From NCBI RefSeq assembly GCF_040938485.1, contig NW_027270925.1, positions 1,240,001 through 1,304,000 of the forward strand: a stretch of 64,000 nucleotides of DNA, written 5' to 3'. Every line of letters begins with the position of its first letter. Within the stretch, counting starts at the first letter, position 1. Origin of the DNA: Diadema antillarum. Lineage: Eukaryota. Both the position numbers and the translations under genes were made by a program. The notes beneath the pieces are model-generated. The model was not told the origin of the DNA. It searched no databases and saw nothing but the letters and a program-made list of their open reading frames with translations. Shown here piece after piece: positions 12,089-26,759 of the stretch.

Positions 12089-12436
12089 TATACAGGTTTG
12101 TAGTCAAGCACTGTCAAGTGTATAAGAATTGTATAATACTTCGTACTGAGAATCTATATATCTAAGAATCTTTCCTCTATCGTTTATGATTAACATTGTT
12201 GAGAGTATGAATGTTGTCTTTCCTTTCTCTTTATTTTTCAAATTGTTTGCTGAAAAAGAGTTTTCAGAAACAAACTCTTTTGAGTGATTTGAGGAAGAGA
12301 GGAATTGATCAATGCAAGTGCCATTTTATCTTATTTGCCTGAACTAATTCATGAGTGGACTAAGTTCATAGTCTAAAGAATCTACACGAATCTTAGCACA
12401 ATAGAACAGGAATCAATCGGATTTTCTTTTTTGGTT

Positions 12437-12472
<36 letters not shown>

Positions 12473-13981
12473 TGGTCAGAAATGCAGGAACCTGGTTGGC
12501 TATCAAATATCAAACAAAATTTTCTTTTTGAACAAAATAACTTACGTATAGTGTTCAATCCTGACGAGAATTCTTAGCCCGCTCTTGAGTGCTCTTATTC
12601 AGGAAACCTCCGAATCACAAAGGATATGGATGCATAAGGATTTAACTGAGTGGAAATCAATAGTCAGCGAGTCACGATTCAATCTTTTCTGCCATTTCTG
12701 TTTGAAAGAACGTCCTTCAATAGAGAAAAATAGGGTTAAAAGATGATGGTATGGTATTTTGCAGACTATAATGTATATATTGCATTTTTCTGATAACCTC
12801 AAATCCCTGGGCCTGAATGGTTGAAGAATTCTATTCAGTGATAGAATCCTCTATTCCCACTTTACGTGAGAGATTTGTCCACGTGGAATAAGAGGTATTT
12901 CCCGTCCATATGGCATCAACAAACAAACCTGGGTGATAAGTTCGTTTATGCTCGTAAGGGATAAATGGTGAGAGGGTAAACTATAATGTTGCGTACTTCT
13001 TTGAATATTAACACAAAAATACGTACTAACTAAAGTACTGCATCCTCCCACGAGTGTTTGTTATGTATATGTGTGAAAAATAGTTGTATTATTTTTATTA
13101 TTATCATTATCATTATCAGTATTATTATCATTATCAATGGATTACAAAAAGTGACGGTTGTCAATGTATTAACTCGTTCTAATATGTGGAGAGAGAAAAA
13201 AATCAGGGAAGTTGTATTCAAAACGACACTACATTTGAATAGGGATATGCGTGGTAGTAATAACCTGCTCACTTGAATGGTGCTTACTCGATTATCCCTT
13301 TATTTTGTCTGATTGTGTAAATGGGACCATTATTATCCTCGTCAAATGTTTTCTTAAGATAATGTCTTCTGCATTTCTATCATGTGTATTATATTTAGAT
13401 AAGCACATTTTTTTATCTCTTAATCCACAGGTGCACAATATTCTTCAGCTTGAATATGCATATAATGACACCTGCATGTCTTAACATAAATTATCATGAA
13501 AATGTTGTACATTACATTTAATTATTTGCCTGTTTCCAAGTGTTTTCACTTATTCAAATATTACTTAATAACTTTGTATAATGACCTTTGTGCTACATTG
13601 TATATTACAAAATGCGTGGAAAAATTGAAAAAGGAGAAAAACGAATGGAAAAACTATTTAAAAAAAAAACAACAACCATATGGATTCCACCTGTACCTTT
13701 ACGTTTCTGGATTTGGGCGTATTAGACACTAACTAGATCCCCCTGAATGATTTGAACAAATAGAATGATTACGCTAAGATTCATCGCAATTTTTGTTTAA
13801 TATTATAGTAAAATGATACATGGAACGAGCCTGGACATTTTAGAAACGTAAAATGTAATTGATACGCTTATTACTTGTAATAATCACGGGCAAATCTCCC
13901 GTAAACCCAAAGACGAATCATGTTCAAAGTCAATCTTTTCACGAAACGTCATTATATTATTATTTCAAACTATAGCACGAC

Positions 13982-16340
13982 TTACACTAGTGAGAGATAG
14001 AGGGAAATGTGTAAAGATGATTTCGTAAGTTTCCCAAGTTTAAATAGACATAAAACCCAGACAATCCGGTATAGGTCCGGATAAACGTGGGCCTGACCGA
14101 TGGCGTAGAGGAGTAGGACGATGATTTGAAGTAGCCAGGCGATCACAAACCGGGCAAAGAGACTTGTATACATGTACGGAGGAGATAAACTTGACTATGA
14201 TTGTTTCAGATTGCGTTTATAAATGAAACATACTTTTCGTTCCTATTTTGATCTCAATTTGTACGTCTAATTTCAACGATTCATATTGAATCACACATAA
14301 TGAGCTTAAGCAAAGTTTGAAAATGATTGACATATTTCGAGAGTAATGAAAATTAATCAAAAGTAATGTGTCATTGATAGATTAAAGTGCAATGAATAAC
14401 AATAAAATAAATATGTATACAGTGCGTATCAAAAAAAAAGTTAATGAAATTTTGGAGGGCTACTTTTTTATAATTGTCAGCTATGGAGAGCGCAATATTA
14501 GTTGTGAGGAAAGGGGAACTCTTCCTCTTTCCATTGATACCTAATTATGTTGACAATTGTCATACGTGACTGAGCACATAGACTTTAAAGACAACAATGA
14601 CAAATTGCACTTTTTCCAAGTTTGTGTGCTATTGTAAATGTCTCACTGCATGGATGAGATCTGTCAATGAAAGTGGTCAAATCATCAGGCCAGCCTGCAT
14701 GACTGCAAATTCATGTTTAGGAGTTCTTCTTAAGCCTTATGGTTCATAACCTTCAACATGACCGCGTTGTCTATAGCTTGGTCCTTCCCATTAAGGCAAA
14801 ACCATTATCCATTTTACTCTCTTCATATTCAAGACATGGTTTGTCACTGGGATTTATATGTTGAATATGAACACAGAAAAATGGACTGTGTAGGTTTGTC
14901 TCTGTGGGAGCTACCAAATTATCAAACAAAAGGCCACATGTTAAAGGTTATGGACCATTCAATGCTAGGAGAATACCTAAGCACAATCCCTACACACAAG
15001 CCTGCATTTGTACAGGCTGGCCTATTTGGCCACTTTCGTTGACAGATCTCATCCATGTAGTGAGACATGCATTGTTCCTTCACAATAACATGCAAACTTG
15101 GAAAAAGTGCAATTTGTCATTGTTGTCTTTAAAGTCCATGTGCTCAGTCAGTATGACAATTGTCGACATAATTAGGTATCAATGGAAAGAGGAAGCCCCT
15201 TTCCTCACAACCAACATTGTGCTGTTCATAGCTAACCATTATAAAATGGTAGCCCTCCAAAGTTGGATTACATTTTTTTTATACGCTCTGTATTGAACAA
15301 TGGAAGGACCATCTCGATCTCTTGTATTAGATTACATTTCAAAAGGGTCTGAAAGTCAAGAACTTTGACCAATCAGTAACGTTGACGCGCAACAAACTTT
15401 ATTTCATCCCAATCACGTGCTATTTCTACAAACCTTTAGTGGTGCCATTGCCTGTTGTACCGCCTCTCAAGAGATTGGTAACACACTGCCAGACGTTACT
15501 TTCATCTGCTGATGTCGCTCGCTTAATATCATTGCCTTACTTACAACGTCGGAGGAAATAAAATATTTTACGTTATTACACTATCATTTTTTTTCAGCAC
15601 ATCGTTGGAATAAAGATATCCATGTGTTTTACGGTCATGGTGTAGTTTAACGGGAAAGCAGTAAACATTTATTTTGAAAAGACAGTCTGGCTCTCACAGG
15701 GTTTATGAAGAAAAGAACAAAACTGAATCTGAAAAAAAATATGAATACAAAACAAAATATTAAAAGTGTGACGTTTAGAAAATCTAGACTTAGAAACGCT
15801 ATTTCATGTTACATTTCATCTGTGATTTCATTTTATCATCGAGCGGTGTTTGTCACCACGCATCGCAGATGTTGAGGAATAAAGGGTAGAAGGCACTGGA
15901 CACTGGCTGACCAATCCAGCATGGAATTCAGAGGAAAACTGGCGATAGGGATATGGACTAACATTCCGGTAAGACACAAACGACGAGGAGATAAAAAAGT
16001 TAATGATATAGAAGGTGAATGCTCGAAGTCGTTTTTTTTTCAAAAATAAGCGATAGGGTTTAAGGTCTAATTCATTAGTACGTGCATGCAGTAGGTGGTA
16101 AATGAGAAGATATTAACTGATGCGGGTTTTGATCAAGCCCATGACGAGATGAAAACATTGCAAAGAGTCCTGGAGATCTAGATTTGGCAAGTTAAGGTGT
16201 AATTCGAACTCGTTTGTTACATGAAACGCTGTCAGAGTCATAAGATTGCACAAGGGTTGGCGATCTTGGAACACAGCCGGCCAAAAAAGCCTCAAATATT
16301 GCTATGATATGAGGAGATCGGTTATGAAGGAAGTGTTCAT
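13982..16340 (-). pseudogene. Decayed older GPCR paralog psi1 (TM1-TM2 relic ~16295-16115, TM4/ECL2 relic ~16040-15850, TM6-ECL3 relic ~14149-14063)
   Basis: RLFWPAVF...CNLMTLTAFHV...LNLPNLDL aligns to RLFWPMLF...ANCLSLAAFGV...INLSILDL. FVIAWLLQIIVLLLYAI aligns ungapped to FVISWLPYSIIQLIYAV. Stops and frameshifts are present. Confidence 0.75.
14420..15290. mobile_element. ~870 bp foldback MITE with ~340 bp imperfect TIRs and TA target duplication (Tc1/mariner-like), unit B-C spacer
   Basis: TA|CAGTGCGTATCAAAAAAAA ... TTTTTTTATACGCTCTG|TA. The arms are mutual reverse complements (e.g. ttggagggctac / gtagccctccaa). Confidence 0.85.
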
Positions 16341-17037
16341 GTATATCTAATGACATTCAAAATAAAATCATAACAAGTTTCTGTTGATCATTTATCAACT
16401 ACATTTCTTATTCAACCGTATTTCCATAACATTTTATTCTTACAAAATACGTTGTGGCTTGACATTTCTGGTACTAGTAATCTTATGCAGATAACAATCA
16501 GACTTAATCTTCTGTAATACATGTAAAGATTGTGTGAGTTTACACTATAAGCAGCAAGCTTTAGCAATTTTGAGAAGCTTTTAGCAATCATTTTACTATA
16601 TGTACGTCAACTTGCACACTCAATAAAGCAAAGTATGATGACTGTTTGGAATTTCTAATCACTGGCGTTATTTTATGGTTCAATTATACTGTGGTCTTGA
16701 GTGTGTAGCACGCTTTTGTCATCCTATCATCATTTTGCCATATTCCTATTCGCTTAGTTTCGCTTAGCTCATAACATTACTTTGCTGAACGAAAGTCGCT
16801 ATATTACTGTGCAGCGTCCCAAAAGTAGTGATTACGTAAAGTCTGTTACATGTTCTTACATGTACACACCTTTCAAATAGGGAAATGGAAAGGTCAAAAA
16901 TATGATCTCAATGAATTAATCAATCAAACCTACAAATAAAGTAAAAAAGAATAGAAGATAAACATAAATAAAACTTTTCTAACCTTTGTGCATTCGTGCG
17001 CAACAGGATCAAAATAGTGTACAAGAGTGATAATGGG

Positions 17038-17076
<39 letters not shown>

Positions 17077-17109
17077 TTACAACACAGAGAGAATTTTAAT
17101 CACTGAAGC

Positions 17110-19082
17110 CTATCTGCCACGGCAGGTCATCATATTTCTGAGTGTAGCCCGTAGCAGTGGCTGGGTGATAGCGTAGGAGATGGGGTTCAGGAGACTGTTG
17201 CAGAACGTCATCCAGCTGAAGAATAGCGTTACTGAACGGGGCAGGCCGGGTACGATGAGGACCGGTTCGATGGCATAGATGAGTCGGATGATGCTGTTTG
17301 GCATCCATGAAATCACAAAAGACAGGACAATGAAGAGAAGCGTACGTTGTGCCTTTCTCGTCTCGGCTGCCGATTCACTCTTCACCTATATGTAATATGG
17401 AAGAGATAGAGCAAGAACGGTAATAATCTATCAGCGTGGCCTCCTTGTTCTTCCTGAAGAAGCGGCTATTGGTAGAAGTAAAATGTTATTAAGTTTTCAT
17501 TTTACATGATTACGTGCCATTAAGAGAAATGATTATTTTTCCTTCATTCTGGTGACTCCATGATCATTGTTAAATCACTATTTTTCAACTATTATTTTTT
17601 ATTATCGTGGATACGGCAATAATATGTGCAGAAGGATGTGCGTGCAATTTTGCCGGAACCTCGACAACTTGTCCTCTAGAACCAGGGTAAGTGAGTTACG
17701 AGCACTGCTATTACTTGCATATAAATTATTATGTTTAAAAGTGCAATCATGACATGTGCATTGTATGAAGCTATGCTGTTGATACATAGTCACTATAAAG
17801 ATGGATTTTAATTGACGAAGGCGAGTACCGCAATGATTAAATTATAAGTTATCATAATGTTGCTTTTGTGTTAGTTATCTGCGTCTTGACGTATTGGCAT
17901 GTGGCACCCTACGCTTGTTTACACCTTGACTTTTCAGAGATTTGTTTTGTTAATGGATAAACAGAAATGCAGATGCGTGTCTTCTTCACAAACATACAAA
18001 TATGTCATTCTTTATTATGTAATTTCTTTCCCTGCATGTTTGCCATTTCGCCTCTAACTATCTTGGATCGAAAGATCAGGCCTCTTTTGACCAAAAAAGA
18101 ACAAAAAATAGAAAAATAAAACGAATGGCTTTTACTCTTTTACTCCTTTATTTCTTACTGTTTTTGTGGGTGACGTGTTCTAATAGGAAGATTTTTATAT
18201 TGTATGATATCTTACCGCATGTCCAGAGTCATTCAGAAATTTGCTGTGTCCGCGCATCTTTGGCAAGCTCATAGAAACATCGCGTTTCTTTTTGACAGAC
18301 TCAACATGAATGTCATTTGGAGATGTAATTGACGAAGTCGAGAATTCTCTCATATTACCACCCATTGCTGAAGTATTCATAATTGTACTGGCGTGATCGT
18401 TTCCTTGAGATGTTTTCCTGACATTCTTGCCACCGACCGTCTTTTGAATCTTCCTAAAGATTCGAAGGTAAAGAACAACAACCAAAACTAATGGCAGGTA
18501 AAACAAGACAGTAATGTTGACGACGTATGCCCAAGGATTGTGAGTAAATCGACGAACGCAATGGCGTCCATTGTCGAAGTCGTCAATGAACTCCCAGACT
18601 GTAACAAACGGCATCCAAAAAGCAAGAGCAGCGATCCACGGCAGGGAGTTGACGAAAAGTGCTTTACGTTTACTGTGAGTCATATAGTGGTTGATTGGGT
18701 CGTAGGTCGCACGATGGCGGTCGGCGCAGATGATCACGACGACAAAATTAGAAGAACTGGTGACCGCCTGACCGAGTCCACCAAGGATCTTACAAAATAC
18801 TTGGTTCAAAGGATAGTAGCCAAAGTAGGTATGGACAACGCCAGTGGTGAGAATTAGACCAACGAGGAGATCGAGAATAGACAGGTTGATGATAAAGTAG
18901 TTGTTGTAGATGCGCAGTCGTTTTTCCACGCCAAATGCTGCAAGGGACAGACAGTTTGCGGCAATGATTACAACTTTGGAAAGGACTACAGGAACGTCAT
19001 TTTGTGTCTCGTTTCCAGTATTATTTTCAAATTCGATCTCAGGGGGTAACGTAAAAGACGGAGTCCATGCCATGGTCGACAT
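17110..19082 (-). CDS. Class A GPCR copy C with an in-frame 14-aa deletion at the start of TM1; exons 19082-18216 and 17385-17110; ~380 aa
   Basis: Open frame and intact splice sites. 42 nt are missing relative to B/E (junction gcaatgatta|caactttgg at ~18970). May be a nascent pseudogene. Confidence 0.85.
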
Positions 19083-19240
19083 ACTGTACCCTATGCTATC
19101 GTCGTCATTAATGAAATATTTTTTATAGTTCAGTTGTCTCGTTAGATGGGATATTTCTTGATCGTGCTCCTTGACGTGATGTTTTCGATATCTCTGAGCA
19201 AGTGGTTTATATATATATATGTATATATACAATATATACA

Positions 19241-19287
<47 letters not shown>

Positions 19288-19644
19288 TCAGTATACAGGT
19301 TTGTAGTCAAGCACTGTCAAGCGTATAAGAATTGTATGATATAATACTTCGTACTGACAATCTATATATCTAAGAATCTTTCCTCTATCGTTTATGGTTA
19401 ACATTGTTGAGAGTATGAATGTTGTCTTTCCTTTCTCTTTATTTTTCAAATTGTTTGCTGGAAAAGAATTTTCAGAAACAAACTCTTTTGAGTGATTTGA
19501 GGAAAAGAGGAATTGATCAATACAAGTGCCACTTTATGTTATTTGCCTGAATTAATTCATCAGTGGACTAAGTTCATAGTCTAAAGAATCTACACGAATC
19601 TTAGCACAATAGAACAGGAATCAATCGGATTTTCTTTTTTGGTT

Positions 19645-19689
<45 letters not shown>

Positions 19690-21205
19690 GGTCAGAAATG
19701 CAGGAACCTGATTGGTTATCAAATATCAAACAAAATTTTCTTTTTGAACAAAATAACTTACGTATAGTGTTCAATCCTGAAAAGAATTTCTTTGCCCGCT
19801 CTTGAGTGCTCTTATTCAGGAAACCTCCGAATCAGAAAGGATATGGATGCATAAGGATTACTGAGTGGAAATCAATAGTCACCGAGTCACGATTCAATCT
19901 TTTCTGCCATTTCTGTTTGAAAGAACGTCCTTCAATAGAGAAAAATAGGGTTAAAAAGATGATGGTATGGTATTTTGCAGACTATAATGTATATATTGCA
20001 TTTTTCTGATAACTTCAAATCCCTGGGCCTGAATGGTTGAAGAATTCTATTCAGTGATAGAATCCTCTATTCCCACTTTAGGTGAGAGATTTGTCCACGT
20101 GGAATAAGCGGTATTTCCCGTCCATATGGCAACAACAAACAAACCTGGGTGATAAGTTCGTTTATGCTCGTAAGGGATAAATGGTGAGAGTGTAAACTAT
20201 AATGTTGCGTACTTTTGGAATACTAACACAAAAATACGTACAAACTAAAGTACTGCATGCTCGCACGAGTGTTTGTGCATGTTTATGTGTGAAAAATAGT
20301 TTTATTATTATTATTACTATCATTATTATCATCATTATTGTTGTTATTATTATTATTATCAATGGATTACAAAAAGTGACGGTTGTCAATGTATTAACTC
20401 GTACTAATATGTGGAGAGAGAAAAAAAATCAGGGAAGTTGCATTCAAAACGACACTACATTTGAATAGGGATATGCGTGGTAGTAATAACCTGCTCACTT
20501 ATATGGTGCCTACTCGATTATCCCTTTATTTTGTCTGATTGTGTAAATGGGACCATCATTATCCTCGTCAAATGTTTTCTTATGATAGTGTCTCCTGCAT
20601 TTCTATCATGTCTATTATATTTAGATTAACACATTTTTTCTCTTAATCCACAGGTACACAATATTCTCTAGCTTGAATATGCATGTAAAGACACCTGCAT
20701 GTCTTAACATAAATTATCATGAAAATGTTGTACATTACATTTAATTATTTGCCTTTTTCCAAGTGTTTTCACTTATTCAAATTTTACTCAATAACTTTGT
20801 ATAATGACCTTTGTGCTACATTGTATATTAAAAAAAGCGTGGAAAATTGAAAAAGGAGAAAAACGAATGGAAAAACTAAAACAACAACAACAACAACAAC
20901 CATATGGATTCCACCTGTACCTTTGCGTTTCAGGATTTGGGCGTATTAGACACTAACTAGATCCCCCTGAATAATTTGAACAAATAGAATTATTACGCTA
21001 AAATTCATCATAACTTTTGTTTTATACTATAGTAAAATGATACCTTGAACGAGCCTGGAAATTTTAGAAACGTAAAATGTACTTGATACGCTTATTACTT
21101 GAAATAATCACGCGCAAATCTCCCGTCAACCCAAAGACGTATCATGTTCAAAGTCAATCTTTTCACGAAACGTCATTATATTATTATTTCAAACTATAGC
21201 ACGAC

Positions 21206-23530
21206 TTACACTAGTGAGAGATAGAGGGAAATGTGTAAAGATGATTTCGTAAGTTTCCCAAGTTTAAATAGACATAAAACCCAGACAATCCGGTATAGGT
21301 CCGGATAAACGTGGGCCTGATCGATGGCGTAGAGGAGTAGGACGATGATTTGAAGTAGCCAGGCGATCACGAACCGGGCAAAGAGACTTGTATACATGTA
21401 CGGAGGAGATAAACTTGACTGATTGTTTCAGATTGTGTTAATAAATAAAGCATACTTTTCGTTCTTATTTTGATCTAATTTGTACGTCTGTAAATCACAC
21501 ATAATGAGCTGAAGCAAAGTTTGAAAATGATTGACATATTTTGAGCGTAATGAAAATTAATTAAAAGGAATGTGTCATCGATAGATTAAAATGCAATGAA
21601 TAACAATAAAATAAATATGTATACAGTGCGTATCAAAAAAAAAAGTTAATGAAATTTTGGAGGGCTACTTTTTTATAATTGTCAGCTATGGAGAGCGCAA
21701 TATTGGTTGTGAGGAAAGGGGAACTCCTCCTCTTTCCATTGATACCTAATTATGTTGACAAATGTCATACGTGACTGAGCACATAGACTTTAAAGACAAC
21801 AATGACAAATTGCACTTTTTCCAAGTTTGGGTGCTATTGTAAATGTCTCACTGCATGGATGAGATCTGTCAATGAAAGTGGTCAAATCATCAGGCCAGCC
21901 TGTATGACTGCAGATTCGTGTTTAGGGGTTTTTCTTAAGCTTTATGGTTCATAACCTTCAACATGACCGCGTTGTCGATAGCTTGGTCCTTCCCATTAAG
22001 GCAAAACCATTATCCATTTTACTCTCTTCATATTCAAGACATGGTTTGTCACTGGGATATATGTGTTGAATATGAACACAGAAGATGGACTGTGTACGTT
22101 GGCCTCTGTGGGAGCTACCAAATTGTCAAACAAAAGGCCACATGTTAAAGGTTATGGACCATTCAATGCTAGGAGAATACCTAAGCACAAACCCTACACA
22201 CAAACCTGCATTTGCACAGGCTGGCCTATTTTGCAACTTTCATTGACAGATCTCATCCATGGAGTGAGACATGCATTGTTCCTTTACAATAACACCCAAA
22301 CTTGTCATTGTTGTCTTTATCATGTTTATAGTTCATGTGCTCAGTCATACATGACAATTGTCGCCATAATTAGGTATCAATGGAAAGAGAAAGCCCCTTT
22401 CCTCACAACCAACATTGTGCTCTTCATAGCTAACAATCATAAAATGGTAGCCCTCCAAAGTTGGATTACTTTTTTTACGCTCTGCATGTATTGAACAATG
22501 GAAGGACCATCTCGATCTCTTGTATTAGATTACATTTCAAAAGGGTCTGAAAGTCAAGAACTTTGACCAATCAGTTGACGCGCAGTAAACTTTATCATCC
22601 CAATCACGTGCTATTTCAATCAAACCTTTAGTGATACCATTGCCTGTTGTACCGCCTCTCAAGAGATTGGTAACACACTGCCAGACGTTACTTTCATCTG
22701 CTGATGTCGCTCGCTTACTATCATTGCCTTACTTACAACGTCGGAGGAAATAAAATATCTTAAGTTATTACACTATCATTCTTTTTCAGCACCGCGTTGG
22801 AATAAAGATATTCATGTGTGTTACGGTCATGGTGTAGTTTAACGGAAAAAGCATTAAACATTTATTTTGAAAAGACAGTCTGGCTCTCACAGGGTTTATG
22901 AAGAAAAGAACAAAATTGAATCTGAAAAAAAGATATGAATACAAAACAAAATATTCAAAGTGTGACGTTTAGAAAATCTAAACTTAGAAACGCTATTTCA
23001 TGTCACATTTCATCTTTTATTTCATTTTATCATTGAGCGGTGTTTGTCATCGCAGATGTTGAGGAATAAAGGGTAGAAGGCACTGGTAACTGGCTGACCA
23101 ATCCAGCATGAAATTCAGAGGAAAACTGGCGATAGGGATATGGACTAACATTCCGGTAAGACACAACCGACGAGGAGATAAAAAAGTTAATGATATACAA
23201 ATGTAGAAGGTGAATGCTCGAAGTCGGGTTTTTTTTTTCAAAACTAAGCGATAGGGTTTAAGGTCTAATTCTTTAGTACGTTGCAGTAGGTGGTGAATGA
23301 GAAGATATTAACTGATGCGGGTTTTGATCACTCCCATGACGAGATGCAAACATTGCAAAGAGTCCTGGAGATCTAGATTTGGCAAGTTAAGGTGTAATTC
23401 GAACTCGTTTGTTACATCAAACGCTGTCAGAGTCATAAGATTGCACAAAGGTTGACGATCTTGGAACACAGCCGGCCAAAAACGCCTCAATTAATTGCTA
23501 TGATATGAGGAGATCGGTTATGAAGGAAGT
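21206..23530 (-). pseudogene. Decayed older GPCR paralog psi2
   Basis: ORF relics 23308-23490 (RRFWPAVF...LNLPNLDL), 23047-23241 and 21206-21397 (FVIAWLLQIIVLLLYAI); duplicate of psi1. Confidence 0.72.
21624..22484. mobile_element. Foldback MITE copy, C-D spacer
   Basis: Same termini and arms as 14420-15290. Confidence 0.83.
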
Positions 23531-24226
23531 GTTCATGTTATCTAATGACATTTAAAATAAAATCATAACAAGTTTCTGTTGATCATTTATCAACTACATT
23601 TCTTATTCAACCGTATTTCCATAACATTTTATTTTTACAAAATACGTTGTGGCTTGACATTTCTGGTACTAGTAATCTTATGCAGATAACAATCAGACTT
23701 AATCTTCTGTAATACATGTAAAGATTGTGTGAGTTTATACACTATAAGCAGGAAGCTTTAGCAATTTTGAGGAGCTTTTAGCAATCATTATCACTGGCGT
23801 TATTTTATAGTTCAATTATACTGTGGTCTTGAGTGTGTAGCACACTTTTGTCATCCTATCATCATTTTGCCATATTCCTATTCGCTTAGCTTTTCATATA
23901 ACTCATACCATATACTTTGCTGAACGAAAGTCGCTATATTACTGTGCAGCGTCCAAAAAGTAGTGATTACGTAAAGTATGTTACATGTTCTTACATGTAC
24001 ACACCTTTCAAATAGGGAAATGGAAAGGTCAAAAATATGATCTCAATGAATTAATCAATCAAAACTACAAATAAAGTTCTAAGTAAAAATGAAATAGCAG
24101 ATAAACATAAATAAAATTTTTCTAACCTTGATGCATTCGTGCGCAACAGGATCAAAATAGTGTATAGTGATAATGGGTTATTTTATATATATGTTACAAC
24201 ACAGAGAGAATTTTAATCACTGAAAC

Positions 24227-26222
24227 CTATCTGCCACGGCAGCTCATCATATTTCTGAGTGTAGCCCTTAACAGTGGCTGGGTGATCGCGTAGGAGATGG
24301 GGTTCAGGAGGCTGTTGCCGAACGCCATCCAGTTGAAGAATAGCCATGCTGAACGGGGTAGGCCGGGTACGATGAGGACCGGTTCGATGGCATAGATGAG
24401 TTGGATGATGCTGTATGGCATCCACGAAATCACGAAAGACAGGACAATGAAGAGAAGCGTACGTTGTGCCTTTCTCGTCTCGGCTGCCGACTCACGCTTC
24501 ACCTACATGTATGGAAAAGATAGAGCATGGACGGCAATTATCTGGAGCTGTCCGCTAGACCTCGTGGTTCTTCCCGAAGAAATGGCTATTGGTAGAAATA
24601 AAATGTTATAAAATTTTCATTTTACATGATTACGTGCCATAAAGAGAAATGATTTCGTTTTCCTTCATTCTAATGACTCCATGATCACTGGTAAATTGTT
24701 TATTTCTTTTCCAACCATTATTTAATGGAAATCATGGATATGGGAATGATATGTGCAATCTTACAGGGACTTCGACAACTTGCCCTCTAGAACCAAGGTA
24801 GGTCAGTTACGAACACTGCTATTGCTTGCATGTTCGTGTTTACAAGTACAATCATGACATGTGCATTGTATAAAGCTACGATTTTGTTACATAGGTACTA
24901 AGATAGATTTTAATTGACGAAGGCTAGTAACGCAATGATTACAATAATTATAGGTTATTATAATGTTGCTTTTGTGTTGATTATCTGTGTCTTGACGTAT
25001 CGGCATAATTATGATGTGGCACCCTACGCTAGTTTAGACCTTGAATTTTCAGAGATTTGTTTGTTTAATGGATAAACAGACGCACACACACACACACACA
25101 AAATGTCATTCCTTATTATGTGATTGCTTCTCTACATGTCTGTCATTTTGCCTCTGACGAAGACTCTGCTATAGGATCGAAAGCTCAGGCGTCTTTTGAC
25201 TAAAAGAAGAAGAAGAAGAAACAGATGAAAATGGGCTTTACATTTAATCCTGTCTTTTTTACGTATTTGTGGGTGATGTGTTTAAATAGGAAGAAAATAA
25301 TTGCATGATATCTTACCGCATGTCGAAAGTCTTTCAGAAATTTGTTGTGTCCGTGCATCTTAGACAAGCTCATTGAATCACGTTTCATTTTGACAGACTC
25401 AGCATGAATATCATTTGGAGCTGCAATTGACGAAGTCGAGAATTCTCTCATATTACCACCCATTGCTGAATTAGTTCCAATTGTACTGGCAGCATCGTTT
25501 CCTTGAGATGTTTTCCTGACATTCTTGGCACCAACCGTCTTTTGAATCTTCCTGAAGATTCGAAAATTAAGCACAAAAATTAGAACTAACGGCAGGTAAA
25601 ATATGACAGTAATGTTGACGACGTATGCCCAAGGATTGTGAGTAAATCGACGAACGCAATGACGTCCATTGTCGAAGTCGTCAATGAACTCCCAGACTGT
25701 AACAAACGGCATCCAAAAAGCAAGAGCAGCGATCCACGCCAGGGAGTTGACGAAAATTGCTTTACGTTTGTTGCGAGTCATATAGTGGTTGATTGGGTCG
25801 TAGGTCGCACGATGACGGTCGGCGCAGATGATCACGACGACAAAATTAGAAGAACTGGTGACCGCCTGACCGAGTCCACCAAGGATCTTACAAAACACTT
25901 GGTTCAAAGGATAGTAGCCGATGTGGGTATGGACAACGCTGATGATGAGATTTAGACCAACGAGGAGATCGAGAATCGAGAGGTTGATGATGAAGTAGTT
26001 GTTGTAGGTGCGAAGTCGTTTTTCCACACCAAATGCTGCAAGGGACAGGCAGTTTGCGGCAATGATTAATGCTGTGAACAACACCGGCCAAACTAGTCCA
26101 TTGATGTTCACGAATTTGGAAAGGACTACAGGAATGTCAGTTTGTGTCTCGTTTCCAGTATTATTTTCAAATTCGATCGCAGGGGGTAACGTAAAAGACG
26201 GAGTCCATGCCATGGTCGACAT
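24227..26222 (-). CDS. Class A GPCR copy D; exons 26222-25317 and 24502-24227; ~393 aa
   Basis: 7TM motifs, GCG|gtaaga donor, catgtag|GTG acceptor. Confidence 0.93.
25149..25191 (+). ncRNA. Minimal type-I hammerhead-ribozyme-like motif in the intron of GPCR D (antisense to the gene)
   Basis: tgcct-CTGACGA-a-gactct(gctat)aggatc-GAA-AGCT-C-aggcg: full core, 5 bp stem I, imperfect stem II, palindromic stem III. Confidence 0.6.
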
Positions 26223-26316
26223 ACTGCACCCAGTGCTATCGTTGTCATTAATGAAATATTTTTGATATTGTTGTCGTGCTCCTTGACGCGATGTTTTCGA
26301 TATCTCTGAGCAAGTG

Positions 26317-26362
<46 letters not shown>

Positions 26363-26718
26363 GTTTAAAAAAATGATTTGTCGTATGCTCAGGTGCTCAA
26401 GCATATAAGAATTCTATGATATAATACTTCGCTCTGAGAATCTATATACCTAAGAATCTTTCCTCTATCGTTTATGGTTAACATTGTTAAGAGTATGAAT
26501 GTTGTCTTTCCTTTCTCTTTATTTTTCAAATTGTTTGCTGGAAAAGAATTTTCAGAAACAAACTCTTTTGAGTGATTTGAGGAAGAGAGGAATTGATCAA
26601 TACAAGTGCCACTTTTTTGCCTGAACTAATTCATGAGTGGACTAAGTTCATAGTCTAAAGAATCTACACGAATCTTAGCACAATAGAACAGGAATCAATC
26701 GGATTTTCTTTTTTGGTT

Positions 26719-26759
<41 letters not shown>

